64,000 nucleotides of DNA, from contig JANQNK010000008.1 in assembly GCA_028279595.1 (NCBI GenBank), positions 32,001 through 96,000 of the forward strand, written 5' to 3'. The notes below the pieces were generated by a model that searched no databases, was not told where the DNA came from, and saw only the letters and a program-made list of their open reading frames with translations. The DNA comes from Thermoplasmatota archaeon. GTDB lineage: Archaea > Thermoplasmatota > JAKEGO01. Positions 9,901 to 18,426 of this stretch are shown here, piece by piece. Both the position numbers and the translations under genes were made by a program. How positions within the stretch are numbered: position 1 is the first letter of the stretch; each line of letters starts with the position of its first letter.

Positions 9901-12900
9901 TGATGTTCGTGATGGATACGTAACTGGACCATTCGACAGATATTCCTTCGTCCTTGTGAGACGACAGGTGGATCCCGTCGAGGAATGAGTTGTCACAACT
10001 TTCCAAACGTAGGCCAGTAGAGTCGCCGTTGCTGCCTGTTACGGAAATGTCACTGAGGTTGATCTGGACTCCGATGACCTGGACGATGGGACCCCGGTCA
10101 CCATAGATTTCAGAGGTCGTTCCATTCCCGACTATTGTCACTGCGATTGTGATGTTGATGTATTCGTGATATTCACCGTCGTATATACGGATCTCATCAC
10201 CATCCTGAGCTGCGTCCAGTGCGTCTCCGATCGATGAGAAATCCGCACCAGCCCAATCATCATCGACTATCAAGGTCACGGGGTCGCGGGTCCCATTCCT
10301 TCTCATAAGAGGACGAAGGTCCACAGACCCGGATGAGCCATTGAATGTATATGGGGTGTCACCTATTCCATTGCCATCGCTGTCCACTCCAGAATAATCA
10401 CCCCAATAGTTGCCGTAGAAACCGTCGTCCCAGTAATTGTCATCACTTTCGACGAGTCCCTGCTCGACGCCATCATCGGTGTTGTCGATCGCGTTGTTGT
10501 GGTGTAGAATGTTATCTATTGAGTCCTGATCGATCGTGATCGCGAATTCGTCATTATCCATAATGTAATTGTATACCACTGTGATCCCAGATGTCTCTTC
10601 GAGCACGATTCCGCCACCTGAATTTCCGATTATTCTGCATCTCTCGATAGTTCCATTCGTGACTCCTTCGCAGACCAATCCATCGCCCGAGTTCCTTCTG
10701 ATGGTAGAGTCCCTGAATTTTGCCCGTTGAGAGTTCGATACGATGATCGCATCGGAACCGCTATCCCTGATCGTGGAATTCGCGAACCTGAACGCTATGC
10801 AATCGACTATGGAGAGACCGACTCCCAGGTTGTTTTCGATCACACATTCATCGATGCGCAATCGTGCTACATCTTCCGCATAGAGACCCGACCCGTTCGA
10901 GGAAGAGCCGCCGCCCTGGATCGATAGACCACTGATGATCGTATCATCGGACATCACTGATAATGTAATCCCGGACCCACCTGCATCGACGGTAGTTCCA
11001 CTCGAACCATTTCCTACGATCGTCAATGGCAGGTTCACAACTATCTTCTCGTTGTAGGTCCCCGAATAAACCAGGATCATGTCATTCGATGTCGCGTTTT
11101 GAAGTGCTGATGAGATCGTGGTATGGGATGCCCAGGATCCTGGGTCATCATCGACAATCAGTAGGGACCTGTCGGTCAGAGGGTACCTGTCCCAGATGGT
11201 GATGTTCTCATCGTTATAAATGTAATACGGGGACTCGCCAACTCCATCGTCATCCGTGTCATAACCTTGATAATCGGACCACCAGTTCCCCTCGGACCCA
11301 TCATCGTATTGGTTGTTCAATGTTCCATTCGGATTGCGCCCTTGGTCGGAGATCTGGGGAGAAAGGCCGTTTTCGAGGAAGGTGTTGTGATGGATCAGAT
11401 TGCTATCGCCATCGACGTCAATGCCATATCCTGTATTGTCCTGGAACAGGCACCAGGATATGATGTTGTCGTCACCATTGACAAAGACCGGAGTACCATC
11501 ATTTCCAATGAACCTCGAATTGCGGATCGAGCTGTTCGATTTCAATTTGATACCGACACGTGAATTGTTACTGAAGGTCGAATTCAAGATCTCCAAAAAG
11601 TCGTTGTTTCCCATTTCATTGCCCCACCCTTCAGAATTATTGTGTATATGAACATCATGCAGTACGACCGAATCGAGATTGCGGATAAAGAGCGGATCCT
11701 CTTTGCAATATGAGATGGTCATGTTTTCCATCGTGAGATTTCCTCCTCCGTATTCCCAAGCGAATCCTGGACCCTCTGCCGAGGTCAATATGGTATCCCG
11801 AATGGTGAAATCATCGCAACGATCAACCTGGATCGCTCCGCGCCAATCTCCAGATTCGTTGCAAATGAATCTGCTGTTCGCTACAGTGATTCGACCACAA
11901 CCATCGAATTCTATCCCGTAAAAGATGTCGTACGTCCACCCATCCAGGAGGAGGTCCTCACAGTAGCTGAAGCGAATGGTATCTGAATAATTGAACAACG
12001 AGATATTGGACATCTGAAGACCTTCGACCTTATAGAAATCCAACCACCTAGTATCTGTGAAGGTGAGGTTTTCGACGACCACGTTCACCGAATCATCGAT
12101 GCTCAGTGAATCGCCAGGTCCACTGATCCTGCAGTTCGAAACGGAAGCGTCGTACAGATCGCTAAGTTTCAGTCCAAAATAGTCCATACGATAGATTTCA
12201 CAATTCTCGATCGTCACGTTGTCACAGTATTCTATCCATGCACCGGTCATCTGATCTGAGAAGGAACCGTTAGATAGGGTAACATCTGAACTGAAGTATG
12301 CCTGCAATCCGGATTTCGCATCATTAGTGGTCAGACCATCGACCATCACGCTAGTACAATTGATAATAATGACTTGACCAGCATTGGAAGGTACGATGAT
12401 ATCGCTCTGGTCCGTATACCTGTGGATGTCCTTCCCGTTCGTGGTGCAATCGACCACGGTGGTAGTGCCCGCGTTCGTGGCGTTCGAAACGCGTTCGTAG
12501 AAACCACAATCGAGGAAAGAACAATTTGAGACGTATACGTTCGTGGACGATGAGCTGAGATAGATCCCGCCCCCATTGAATTCGTCGAATATACAGTCCT
12601 CTATCGATACGTTGTCCGACCATAGAATGCTGATACCTCGAGCATTACTGCCCGATCCGTTCAAGCGCAGTCCTTCGACACGAACATCGTCACCCTCGAC
12701 AGCGATCAGAGGGGAACTGCCATCGAGTTCGAGGAATGATGAGGAACCATTGCCGATGATCGTCAACTCTTGATCGACCACGACGGCACCGCCATAGACT
12801 GAGTCCATTGAGTACGTTCCAGAATATACAAGGATCGTATCACCGGCGGAACTGTCATCTACAGCGTCGGCCAGATTGTCGTGATCCGCCCAATCCCCGT

Positions 12901-13060
12901 CGTCATCATCGACGACCCACGTCTTCGCTCCGACCTCCGGCACCAGGAGTAGGGAGACTACCAACACGAGGCCGAGGATGAATAACACAATAGGACGATG
13001 AAACATCCTCGACCCCAGGAACATTCGGGAAACCATATCGCTCTTCCCTTTCCATATCAT
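6926..13060 (-). CDS. 2044-aa membrane-tethered transcription factor candidate: signal peptide, 3 NosD/parallel beta-helix modules, 2 PKD-like repeats, Ig-like domain, TM segment, tandem winged-helix
   Basis: Three modules, each opening with VDDD and closing with GNxWxDYxGxDxDxxGxGxxPY; C-terminus PLYSRV..RGEIVDYLADNPGAHYQLIKKDLALPNGSLGHHLRILE..RRFYP..NPGISQ. Confidence 0.85.
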   Translation of the reverse strand: MIWKGKSDMVSRMFLGSRMFHRPIVLFILGLVLVVSLLLVPEVGAKTWVVDDDDGDWADHDNLADAVDDSSAGDTILVYSGTYSMDSVYGGAVVVDQELTIIGNGSSSFLELDGSSPLIAVEGDDVRVEGLRLNGSGSNARGISILWSDNVSIEDCIFDEFNGGGIYLSSSSTNVYVSNCSFLDCGFYERVSNATNAGTTTVVDCTTNGKDIHRYTDQSDIIVPSNAGQVIIINCTSVMVDGLTTNDAKSGLQAYFSSDVTLSNGSFSDQMTGAWIEYCDNVTIENCEIYRMDYFGLKLSDLYDASVSNCRISGPGDSLSIDDSVNVVVENLTFTDTRWLDFYKVEGLQMSNISLFNYSDTIRFSYCEDLLLDGWTYDIFYGIEFDGCGRITVANSRFICNESGDWRGAIQVDRCDDFTIRDTILTSAEGPGFAWEYGGGNLTMENMTISYCKEDPLFIRNLDSVVLHDVHIHNNSEGWGNEMGNNDFLEILNSTFSNNSRVGIKLKSNSSIRNSRFIGNDGTPVFVNGDDNIISWCLFQDNTGYGIDVDGDSNLIHHNTFLENGLSPQISDQGRNPNGTLNNQYDDGSEGNWWSDYQGYDTDDDGVGESPYYIYNDENITIWDRYPLTDRSLLIVDDDPGSWASHTTISSALQNATSNDMILVYSGTYNEKIVVNLPLTIVGNGSSGTTVDAGGSGITLSVMSDDTIISGLSIQGGGSSSNGSGLYAEDVARLRIDECVIENNLGVGLSIVDCIAFRFANSTIRDSGSDAIIVSNSQRAKFRDSTIRRNSGDGLVCEGVTNGTIERCRIIGNSGGGIVLEETSGITVVYNYIMDNDEFAITIDQDSIDNILHHNNAIDNTDDGVEQGLVESDDNYWDDGFYGNYWGDYSGVDSDGNGIGDTPYTFNGSSGSVDLRPLMRRNGTRDPVTLIVDDDWAGADFSSIGDALDAAQDGDEIRIYDGEYHEYINITIAVTIVGNGTTSEIYGDRGPIVQVIGVQINLSDISVTGSNGDSTGLRLESCDNSFLDGIHLSSHKDEGISVEWSSYVSITNITCDHEVRTGIRLQNCDNSTVDNVQCVGKVIGGGGPNGSDSMDTVSTGIYLRWNDNITISNSLLDASSNGIWSYRNIETSIIRNEIKSNRVGIYHHSNINNLIINNTIWASVFGIDIASSDHSSYHGNTITSPGLSIFIQDTVDLTFRNNTLYNGCLFIRTYPSYYPSWSEADEWSSHYIDQSNTIDGNPILYIKNQENVTVPIGGGQIIIANCTKATIRDQTLRDTTYPILIGFTNDSIIKNVTTTKCDYSIHMVMSNDVVVEDCDLNSNSTGLMIRNSMEINITSCDITSKDDVGIYFDRSGNSQIHDCYLVNSDVPIEVHEGYSIKIWGNEIRTNQNSVYLREADNIHIVGNLITRTDRIGIFSRSSDNIVIRNNTIKKCGVVNGSGQYGIEIDDAFNHTIKFNRFVENHGGIYIERKLGGTITIHHNDFIDNRVNTQVYDEYGSAIWHNGSAGNYWSDYDGEDDDDDGIGDTPYYIASDSSGGDNGTGNGSSGQVKDPYPLMEPWNEESSSGENIAPVATIKSVHPSSVDEGDEITFNGTGFDFDGSVALLVWTSSIDGELFNGTSQVWSTSSLSNGTHEITLHSIDNEGLWGERQTANVTVNGIPVARIWTVSKSIIAEGNNVTFTPNCVDDVEITRYVWTSSIDGELYNGTDGTLYTDDLSNGTHTISLKVQDGNGVWSDTVTTTVTVNVRPSVTINSPSSWSTVNGTVTVSGTSSDEDGSIQRIEYQIGDGSWKTATGTTMWSFKWNTSGLSNETYQINIRSYDGNHYSDLGKLYLTVEAEDEDPDEVEPTDRDEDTGLNIPLTSTPAIGAMALIAVLAFGAVASSDRGRYALFAFLPLYSRVKGKDVMKNETRGEIVDYLADNPGAHYQLIKKDLALPNGSLGHHLRILERNGYLKSQTDGFYRRFYPHGYDVPEVEFTRKEKQILRVIASNPGISQRKLAEKMKVTPPAVSYHLKSLKSKGVVRTSRKDGCLVTKDFRARVRK

Positions 13061-13102
13061 TTGATCCCCTCATCGTCTTCTTCGTGTTATTACCCTTTTG
13101 AG

Positions 13103-13140
13103 GTTATATATGCAGATTGGAACACTTCTTTAATTATCGA
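13103..13140 (-). promoter_or_regulatory. TATA box and conserved motif AGATTGGAACACTTCTTTA (13114-13132, + strand) upstream of the 2044-aa gene
   Basis: Same motif and internal spacing as at 6861-6879. Confidence 0.6.
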
Positions 13141-13262
13141 TCGTCCTGCCTGGATTGGGATTTGGAAAGACGGCCTCCAGATTACCGATCGTTCGATCAC
13201 TCGTTCGGACATACGGGCCGATCCGCATGACTGGCTCTTGCGCTGTCAGGTCGATCTCACGT

Positions 13263-14852
13263 TCAATTCCGGCGTTTTCTCACCAGTACCACGACGGCGA
13301 TGGCCGCGACGACGAACACCATCTCCATCCCGGGGCTGGACCCGCCGCCATCTCCGCCGGCCTTCGGTTCCGTGGTCACATCGATGTATCCTTCATCGTA
13401 CGAGCTGAACCAGGGATCGTAGTTGATCATCCTCAAACCGGCAGCGTTCATCTCGTAGTTGGTGGTGTCGCCGATAGACGACAGCGGGACCACGATGACG
13501 ACCTCATCGTCTTCAGGGATAGCGTAGGAGATCGTGTCTATATCATCGGCGACCTGGTCCATGATCATCGCGGTATCCATCATCGCTGTTGCCACGTAGA
13601 CAGCGTTGTCGAAGTCCGTCAGGTCCTTGGTCCCGGACGGGAACATGTAGACCATGAAGGCATTGAGGTCGTCGCCGGAGCTGACGTTCATGGTCCCGTC
13701 GATCTCGATCTCCAGGAACAGATGCTCGCCGGACGTCAGAGCGGTGAACTGGACGATATCGATCTCCGGATAGCCTCCGACGACCTTGTCATCCTCGTCC
13801 ATCACATCGTCGAGGTCGTCGTCCTCCGCGTATATCTCTTCGGCGATATGGACCATGATATCATCGGATGTCACGAGATCGTCCTCATCCGTCGTTGTCA
13901 ATGTTATGACGAAGGACCCGATGTCATGACTGAGCCAAACTGGATTCTCCGATGTCGACTCCTCCGTGATCCCGTCCGATGCGTTGTAGTCCCATGACCA
14001 GGTGAGCTCCTTCTTCGAATAGATCGTGCAATAGTCCCGCAGCCTCAGATTCTCACCCGGTTCGCCCAGGACGTCCCCGGCTATCGGACCGATCAGCGCG
14101 ACACTCGAGTTGATGAAGACGTTGTCGTCGCAGTATTGGTCCATCTCAAGGGGTCCATCGACGTTGCCGGCGACCTCGTTGAGGATGAACATGTTGTCAT
14201 CGGACAGCGCCATGGATATGCCGTAGGCGCCGTTCGACGAGATGTTGTTTCCGCTTATGTTGTTGTTGTCAGAGAGCGAGATGTACAACCCATCGTCGGA
14301 GTGGTTGATGCACACGTTGTCGACCACAGTGTTGTCGTCGGAGTCGAAGATGTAGATCGCAGTATAGTCGCCCTCCATGATCGTATTCCCGGTGACGACA
14401 CAGTTGAACACGTTGTCCAGCCTGATGCCGTAATCGTTGTCGACGAGGAGGTTGTCCGTGATCGTGGTGTCGTTGGCCTCGCAGTCGATTCCCTTTCCGA
14501 GATAGGGAGCACCCGTCACCATGAAGTCGCTGAACGTGCAGCCCGGAGCCGTTATCGTCACCACGTTACCGAAGCCGGTCCCGATGTCAAGGATTGTCTG
14601 GTCCGAACCGTTCCCCATCAGGTACAGCTGTTTATCGATCTCGACCTCTTCGGAATATGAACCGTTGAAGACGAGGATGGTATCTCCGGCAGTGGCGTTC
14701 TCGATCGCACTCTGTATGGTATTGTAGTCTGCCCATGGTCCGTCATCGTCGTCGACGAAGATCGTCTCTCCAGTCGATGATCCCGATACCAGGACGATCG
14801 CCAGAACGGTCAACAGCACGGCTGGTATCAACTTCGAATATCCCCTCTTCAT
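13263..14852 (-). CDS. Surface protein: NosD/beta-helix plus PKD-like domain, with a PGF-CTERM-like anchor
   Basis: Signal peptide; VDDDDGPWADYNTIQSAI; C-terminus SPGMEMVFVVAAIAVVVLVRKRRN; ATG 14852 preceded by GGTGA. Confidence 0.8.
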   Translation of the reverse strand: MKRGYSKLIPAVLLTVLAIVLVSGSSTGETIFVDDDDGPWADYNTIQSAIENATAGDTILVFNGSYSEEVEIDKQLYLMGNGSDQTILDIGTGFGNVVTITAPGCTFSDFMVTGAPYLGKGIDCEANDTTITDNLLVDNDYGIRLDNVFNCVVTGNTIMEGDYTAIYIFDSDDNTVVDNVCINHSDDGLYISLSDNNNISGNNISSNGAYGISMALSDDNMFILNEVAGNVDGPLEMDQYCDDNVFINSSVALIGPIAGDVLGEPGENLRLRDYCTIYSKKELTWSWDYNASDGITEESTSENPVWLSHDIGSFVITLTTTDEDDLVTSDDIMVHIAEEIYAEDDDLDDVMDEDDKVVGGYPEIDIVQFTALTSGEHLFLEIEIDGTMNVSSGDDLNAFMVYMFPSGTKDLTDFDNAVYVATAMMDTAMIMDQVADDIDTISYAIPEDDEVVIVVPLSSIGDTTNYEMNAAGLRMINYDPWFSSYDEGYIDVTTEPKAGGDGGGSSPGMEMVFVVAAIAVVVLVRKRRN

Positions 14853-14886
14853 AGTGGTCACCGGTTTGACCAACGAGGTAGGGATA

Positions 14887-15969
14887 TTAAAACCTGGCCC
14901 CCCGCTTCCCGAGCGCCTTCAGTGCAATGGCCTTGTCCGGGCAGACCTCGTGACAGCAGAAGCACCGAATGCACTTCTCGTATTCGATCACTGCCCTGTC
15001 TTCGGGGATCGTGATCGCGTCCTTCGGACAGATCTCCTCACACCTGCCGCAGGCTGTGCATCTCTCGGTGATCACCGGACTACGCTTTGGCGTTCGTTTA
15101 CCGGTGGCGATGTGGCCAGCTCCCGAGGGCAGTTTGAACCCCATCACCATTACATCTTCAGGTGTCAGGACCGGGTAGTCGATGCTGTCGGGCCACAGGT
15201 CCCTGAACTTCGCCCTCTTCAGCGTCGGGACGCCGACGGGTTCGATGTTGAGCATCCTGCAGACCGCGATGTCCATTGCCACGGCGTCGGTCGACGCCAT
15301 CAGGACGCCGGTGTCGACAGGGTCCCCGCCCATGGGACCATTGCCCACCATCCCCATGATCCCGTCCAAGATGAACAGGTCAGGAGGTGTGACGGAAAGG
15401 ACGTCCAGGAGCATGTCGGCGAATGCTTGCTTCCTTGGATACACCGCATGGTACCTGGCCTTCTCGGCCCCCGGGACGATGCCGTACATTATCTTCGTGG
15501 CCAGGGTCATGACCTGGTAGACGTGCGTCTTGAGCTTCGGGAGGGCGATGATCCTGTCAGCACCCAGTGCGAAATCGCAGACCTTCAGACGCCGTATGCG
15601 TTTTCCGCCCTTGACATCGACCTTCGTCCAGCCGGTGTCGTAGTTCAGTTCGATCCCGAGGTCATCGGCGATCGCGGTCATCCCGGTGAAGTCGTATGCG
15701 TCCTTCAATCCTTTTTTCGAGAAGCGTCCGGCGGGGGAGTCGCCGATGAACGGCTCCCCGCCCGCGTCGATGACGGATTTGGCGACAGCTGAGATAACAT
15801 CAGGGTGGGTCGTGACGGCGGTCGAAGGGTCGCTGGCCTGGAGCAGGTTCACCTTCAAACAGACCCGGTCACCCTTCGAAACGTACCTGGCCATCCCGCC
15901 AATGGGTTCGACAAGGGACCCGATGTCAACGGCCCGATATTCCTGTTTCGAGATGGCGACCTGGCTCAC
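14887..15969 (-). CDS. DUF362-domain Fe-S protein with C-terminal 2x[4Fe-4S] ferredoxin
   Basis: LKVNLL...TTHP, LPKLKTH, GNGPMGG; CTACGRCEEICP and CIRCFCCHEVCP. Confidence 0.88.
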   Translation of the reverse strand: MSQVAISKQEYRAVDIGSLVEPIGGMARYVSKGDRVCLKVNLLQASDPSTAVTTHPDVISAVAKSVIDAGGEPFIGDSPAGRFSKKGLKDAYDFTGMTAIADDLGIELNYDTGWTKVDVKGGKRIRRLKVCDFALGADRIIALPKLKTHVYQVMTLATKIMYGIVPGAEKARYHAVYPRKQAFADMLLDVLSVTPPDLFILDGIMGMVGNGPMGGDPVDTGVLMASTDAVAMDIAVCRMLNIEPVGVPTLKRAKFRDLWPDSIDYPVLTPEDVMVMGFKLPSGAGHIATGKRTPKRSPVITERCTACGRCEEICPKDAITIPEDRAVIEYEKCIRCFCCHEVCPDKAIALKALGKRGARF

Positions 15970-16052
15970 GGGGGGGAGTCACATCATGGATACTTAATCC
16001 TGACCGCTGAAACCGTGGCAACCCTTTTCTAATCCGGAACGGTTCCCGGACC

Positions 16053-16895
16053 ATGTCTGGCATCGTTTTCCTGGGCACGAGGGACCTGGAGGCCGTCAGG
16101 CGCTTCTACGTCGAAGAGGTCGGGTGCACGATATGGCTCGAACAGGCCGACTGCATCGTCCTGAAGCACGGCAACATGCTCCTCGGGTTCTGCAGCAGGG
16201 ACATACTCGAGATGGGCGGGATCATAACGTTCTTCCTCGACTGCAAGTGCGACGTCGACGTCATGTACAAGCAGATGGGCGAACGCGCGGTCACCCCGCC
16301 GAAGGAGAACTCGAAGTACGGGATCTACCACTTCTTCGCCGCGGACCCGGAGGACAGGCCGGTCGAGTTCCAGTGCTTCCTCCATCCGGTGGCGCCGCAC
16401 CTTCCCGGGGACGACCTGCTGAGGACCAGGAGGAGCGTCAGGAAGTTCGAGGACAGACCGATACCCGAGGACGTCATCGTCCAGGTCTTCGAGCTTTGCA
16501 GATGGGCCCCTACCTCGATGAACAGGCAGCCCTACTATTACATGATAATAGATGACAGACCGACGATGGACTTCCTGGCCTCGGTCCGGGGTTCCAGTTC
16601 GGCCCCGATAGCGGCTGGTCCGCTGGCCATCGCTATCGGTTCGGACCCGGAGCTCTCGAAGAGGCACATCGAGGACGGGGACATAGCCGCCTACCACCTC
16701 CTCCTGGCCGCCTGGGTCCATGGTCTGGGCACCTGCTGGATCGCTGACATGGACCGGTCCGAGGTCAAGGAGCGATTGAACATCCCGCAGGACCACTACG
16801 TCGCGACGGTGACGCCTCTCGGTTATCCCTCGACCGTTCCGCAGCCGCCCGGACGGAAGGACGTCGCGGAGTTCCTCAGGTTTCCCGAGGACTAG
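16053..16895 (+). CDS. VOC/glyoxalase-nitroreductase fusion protein
   Basis: N-terminal TRDLEAVRRFY...HFFAADPEDRPVEFQ; C-terminal RRSVRKF, WAPTSMNRQP, GLGTCW. Confidence 0.85.
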   Translation: MSGIVFLGTRDLEAVRRFYVEEVGCTIWLEQADCIVLKHGNMLLGFCSRDILEMGGIITFFLDCKCDVDVMYKQMGERAVTPPKENSKYGIYHFFAADPEDRPVEFQCFLHPVAPHLPGDDLLRTRRSVRKFEDRPIPEDVIVQVFELCRWAPTSMNRQPYYYMIIDDRPTMDFLASVRGSSSAPIAAGPLAIAIGSDPELSKRHIEDGDIAAYHLLLAAWVHGLGTCWIADMDRSEVKERLNIPQDHYVATVTPLGYPSTVPQPPGRKDVAEFLRFPED

Positions 16896-17440
16896 AACTT
16901 GTAGGGTCTCATTACTGTAGTATAGTAGCCACTGCCCGTGTATAGCGCAGGCCGTACGTCCACGATGTCGATGCCCTTCTTCCTGTGGGTGTAGACCGCT
17001 TCCGCTATGATCAACTGGTGATCTCCCGCCTCGACCTCGTTGACGACCTTGCACTCGTAGATGACTATGGCCTGCTCGATCAGGACAGAGGAGGTCTTCA
17101 CGGGTTCCCTGCGGGTAAGTCCGGTCTCGGCGAACTTGTCCACCTTCTTGCCGGACCGGGTTCCGCAGTAATGGACCTTGTCAGCATGCTCTATCGGCAT
17201 CAGGTTGATCGCGATCTCCCCGGTCTCCTGGACCTTGTCATAGGTGTGCCGGGATTTCCGGAGCGATATCATGAACAGCGGTGGGCTGGCCGATACCTGC
17301 GACAGCCAGGCTGCTGCCATCATGTTGTCGCCGCTGCTCACCAACGCAGCCGGCATGAACTGCATCTCCATGGCAATGGCTTTTGCGTCTCCCGTCTCCC
17401 ATATCTCGTCCTCGGCGTTCATTCGATCCACTCCTTTCAT
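16892..17440 (-). CDS. Flavin reductase family protein
   Basis: NMMAAAW, SRHTY, CGTRSGKKVDKF, ECKVV..GDH. Confidence 0.88.
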   Translation of the reverse strand: MKGVDRMNAEDEIWETGDAKAIAMEMQFMPAALVSSGDNMMAAAWLSQVSASPPLFMISLRKSRHTYDKVQETGEIAINLMPIEHADKVHYCGTRSGKKVDKFAETGLTRREPVKTSSVLIEQAIVIYECKVVNEVEAGDHQLIIAEAVYTHRKKGIDIVDVRPALYTGSGYYTTVMRPYKF

Positions 17441-17916
17441 TCCGTGAACAGTGAAGAGATGATCCGGCAGGCATCCTCCAGGAGCCTGCGGTGGTGAGGG
17501 GGGAAGGCGTCCGGCCTGTGCGAGTCGATGTCCAGTTCACCCACGATCATGCCGTCCACGAATATCGGTAAGACGATCTCGGACCTCACGCTGGGACTGC
17601 ACGAGAGGTAGTTCGTCTCCTCGAGGACGTCCGGTACCACGAAGGTCTCAAGCGTCTCGGCGGCCTGTCCGCAGATGCCCCTGCCGAACGGTATCCTCGT
17701 GTGGTCTGTCGGATCGCCCACGTATGGCCCGAGGACGAGCATCCTCTCCTCGACCGGATCTACCAGGTAGAATCCTGTCCAATCGTAGTCCTCGAACCTG
17801 TCGTCCAGCAGTTCGCATATAGTCATAAGTTTCTGGTCCCTTTCACCTGGCCCGTCGACTATGGCACGGATCCCATCGATGACGGCGGATGCGGTCAAAG
17901 AGAAGTCGTCGCCCAT
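17437..17916 (-). CDS. GAF-domain protein, free methionine-R-sulfoxide reductase (MsrC)-like
   Basis: DWTGFY, LGPYVG, IPFGRGICGQAA, YLSC, SEIVLPI, LDIDS; start probably ATG 17916. Confidence 0.85.
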   Translation of the reverse strand: MGDDFSLTASAVIDGIRAIVDGPGERDQKLMTICELLDDRFEDYDWTGFYLVDPVEERMLVLGPYVGDPTDHTRIPFGRGICGQAAETLETFVVPDVLEETNYLSCSPSVRSEIVLPIFVDGMIVGELDIDSHRPDAFPPHHRRLLEDACRIISSLFTE

Positions 17917-17920
17917 AACA

Positions 17921-18352
17921 TCACTCGCCGAAAGCGCCGATGAGGAAGGACCTGATGTCCTCCCGCAGCTTCCTGAAGGCTTCGAGCCTGTCCTTGGCAT
18001 AGTAGGGATCGGGGAATCCGTGGTGCATGACGAACCTCGCGTTCGAGAACGTCGGACAGATCTCCTGGGCATTGTCGCACAGGGTCATCACGTAGTCGAA
18101 TGTCCGGTCCTCGAAATCACGGATGTGCTTCGACTTCTGCGCGGAGATGTCTATCCCGACCTCCTCGAGTACCTTGATCGCCCAGGGGCTGACTGGCGAC
18201 GGCGCGACGCCGGCGCTGGTCACCTCGTACCTGTCGCCGTACATCTCCCGCAGGAGTCCCTCGGCCATCTGCGACCTAGCAGAGTTCGCGGTGCAAACGA
18301 ACATGACTGTCTTCTTTTCCTTCCCGCCGGTTCCCTTCTTCGCCTTGGCCAT
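17921..18352 (-). CDS. arsC: Arsenate reductase / low-molecular-weight phosphatase family
   Basis: FVCTANSARSQMAEG P-loop; TLCDNAQEICP; FPDP. Confidence 0.88.
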   Translation of the reverse strand: MAKAKKGTGGKEKKTVMFVCTANSARSQMAEGLLREMYGDRYEVTSAGVAPSPVSPWAIKVLEEVGIDISAQKSKHIRDFEDRTFDYVMTLCDNAQEICPTFSNARFVMHHGFPDPYYAKDRLEAFRKLREDIRSFLIGAFGE

Positions 18353-18426
18353 GATAACCACTCCCTGGAACGGTATCGAGACTTATTAGTTTTACCTGAA
18401 ACGGGGGCCCTTCATAAAATTCGCCA

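Noticed and set aside
2606-13060. Diversity-generating retroelement acting on the surface proteins
   Set aside because: No reverse transcriptase and no adenine-specific TR/VR repeat pair seen
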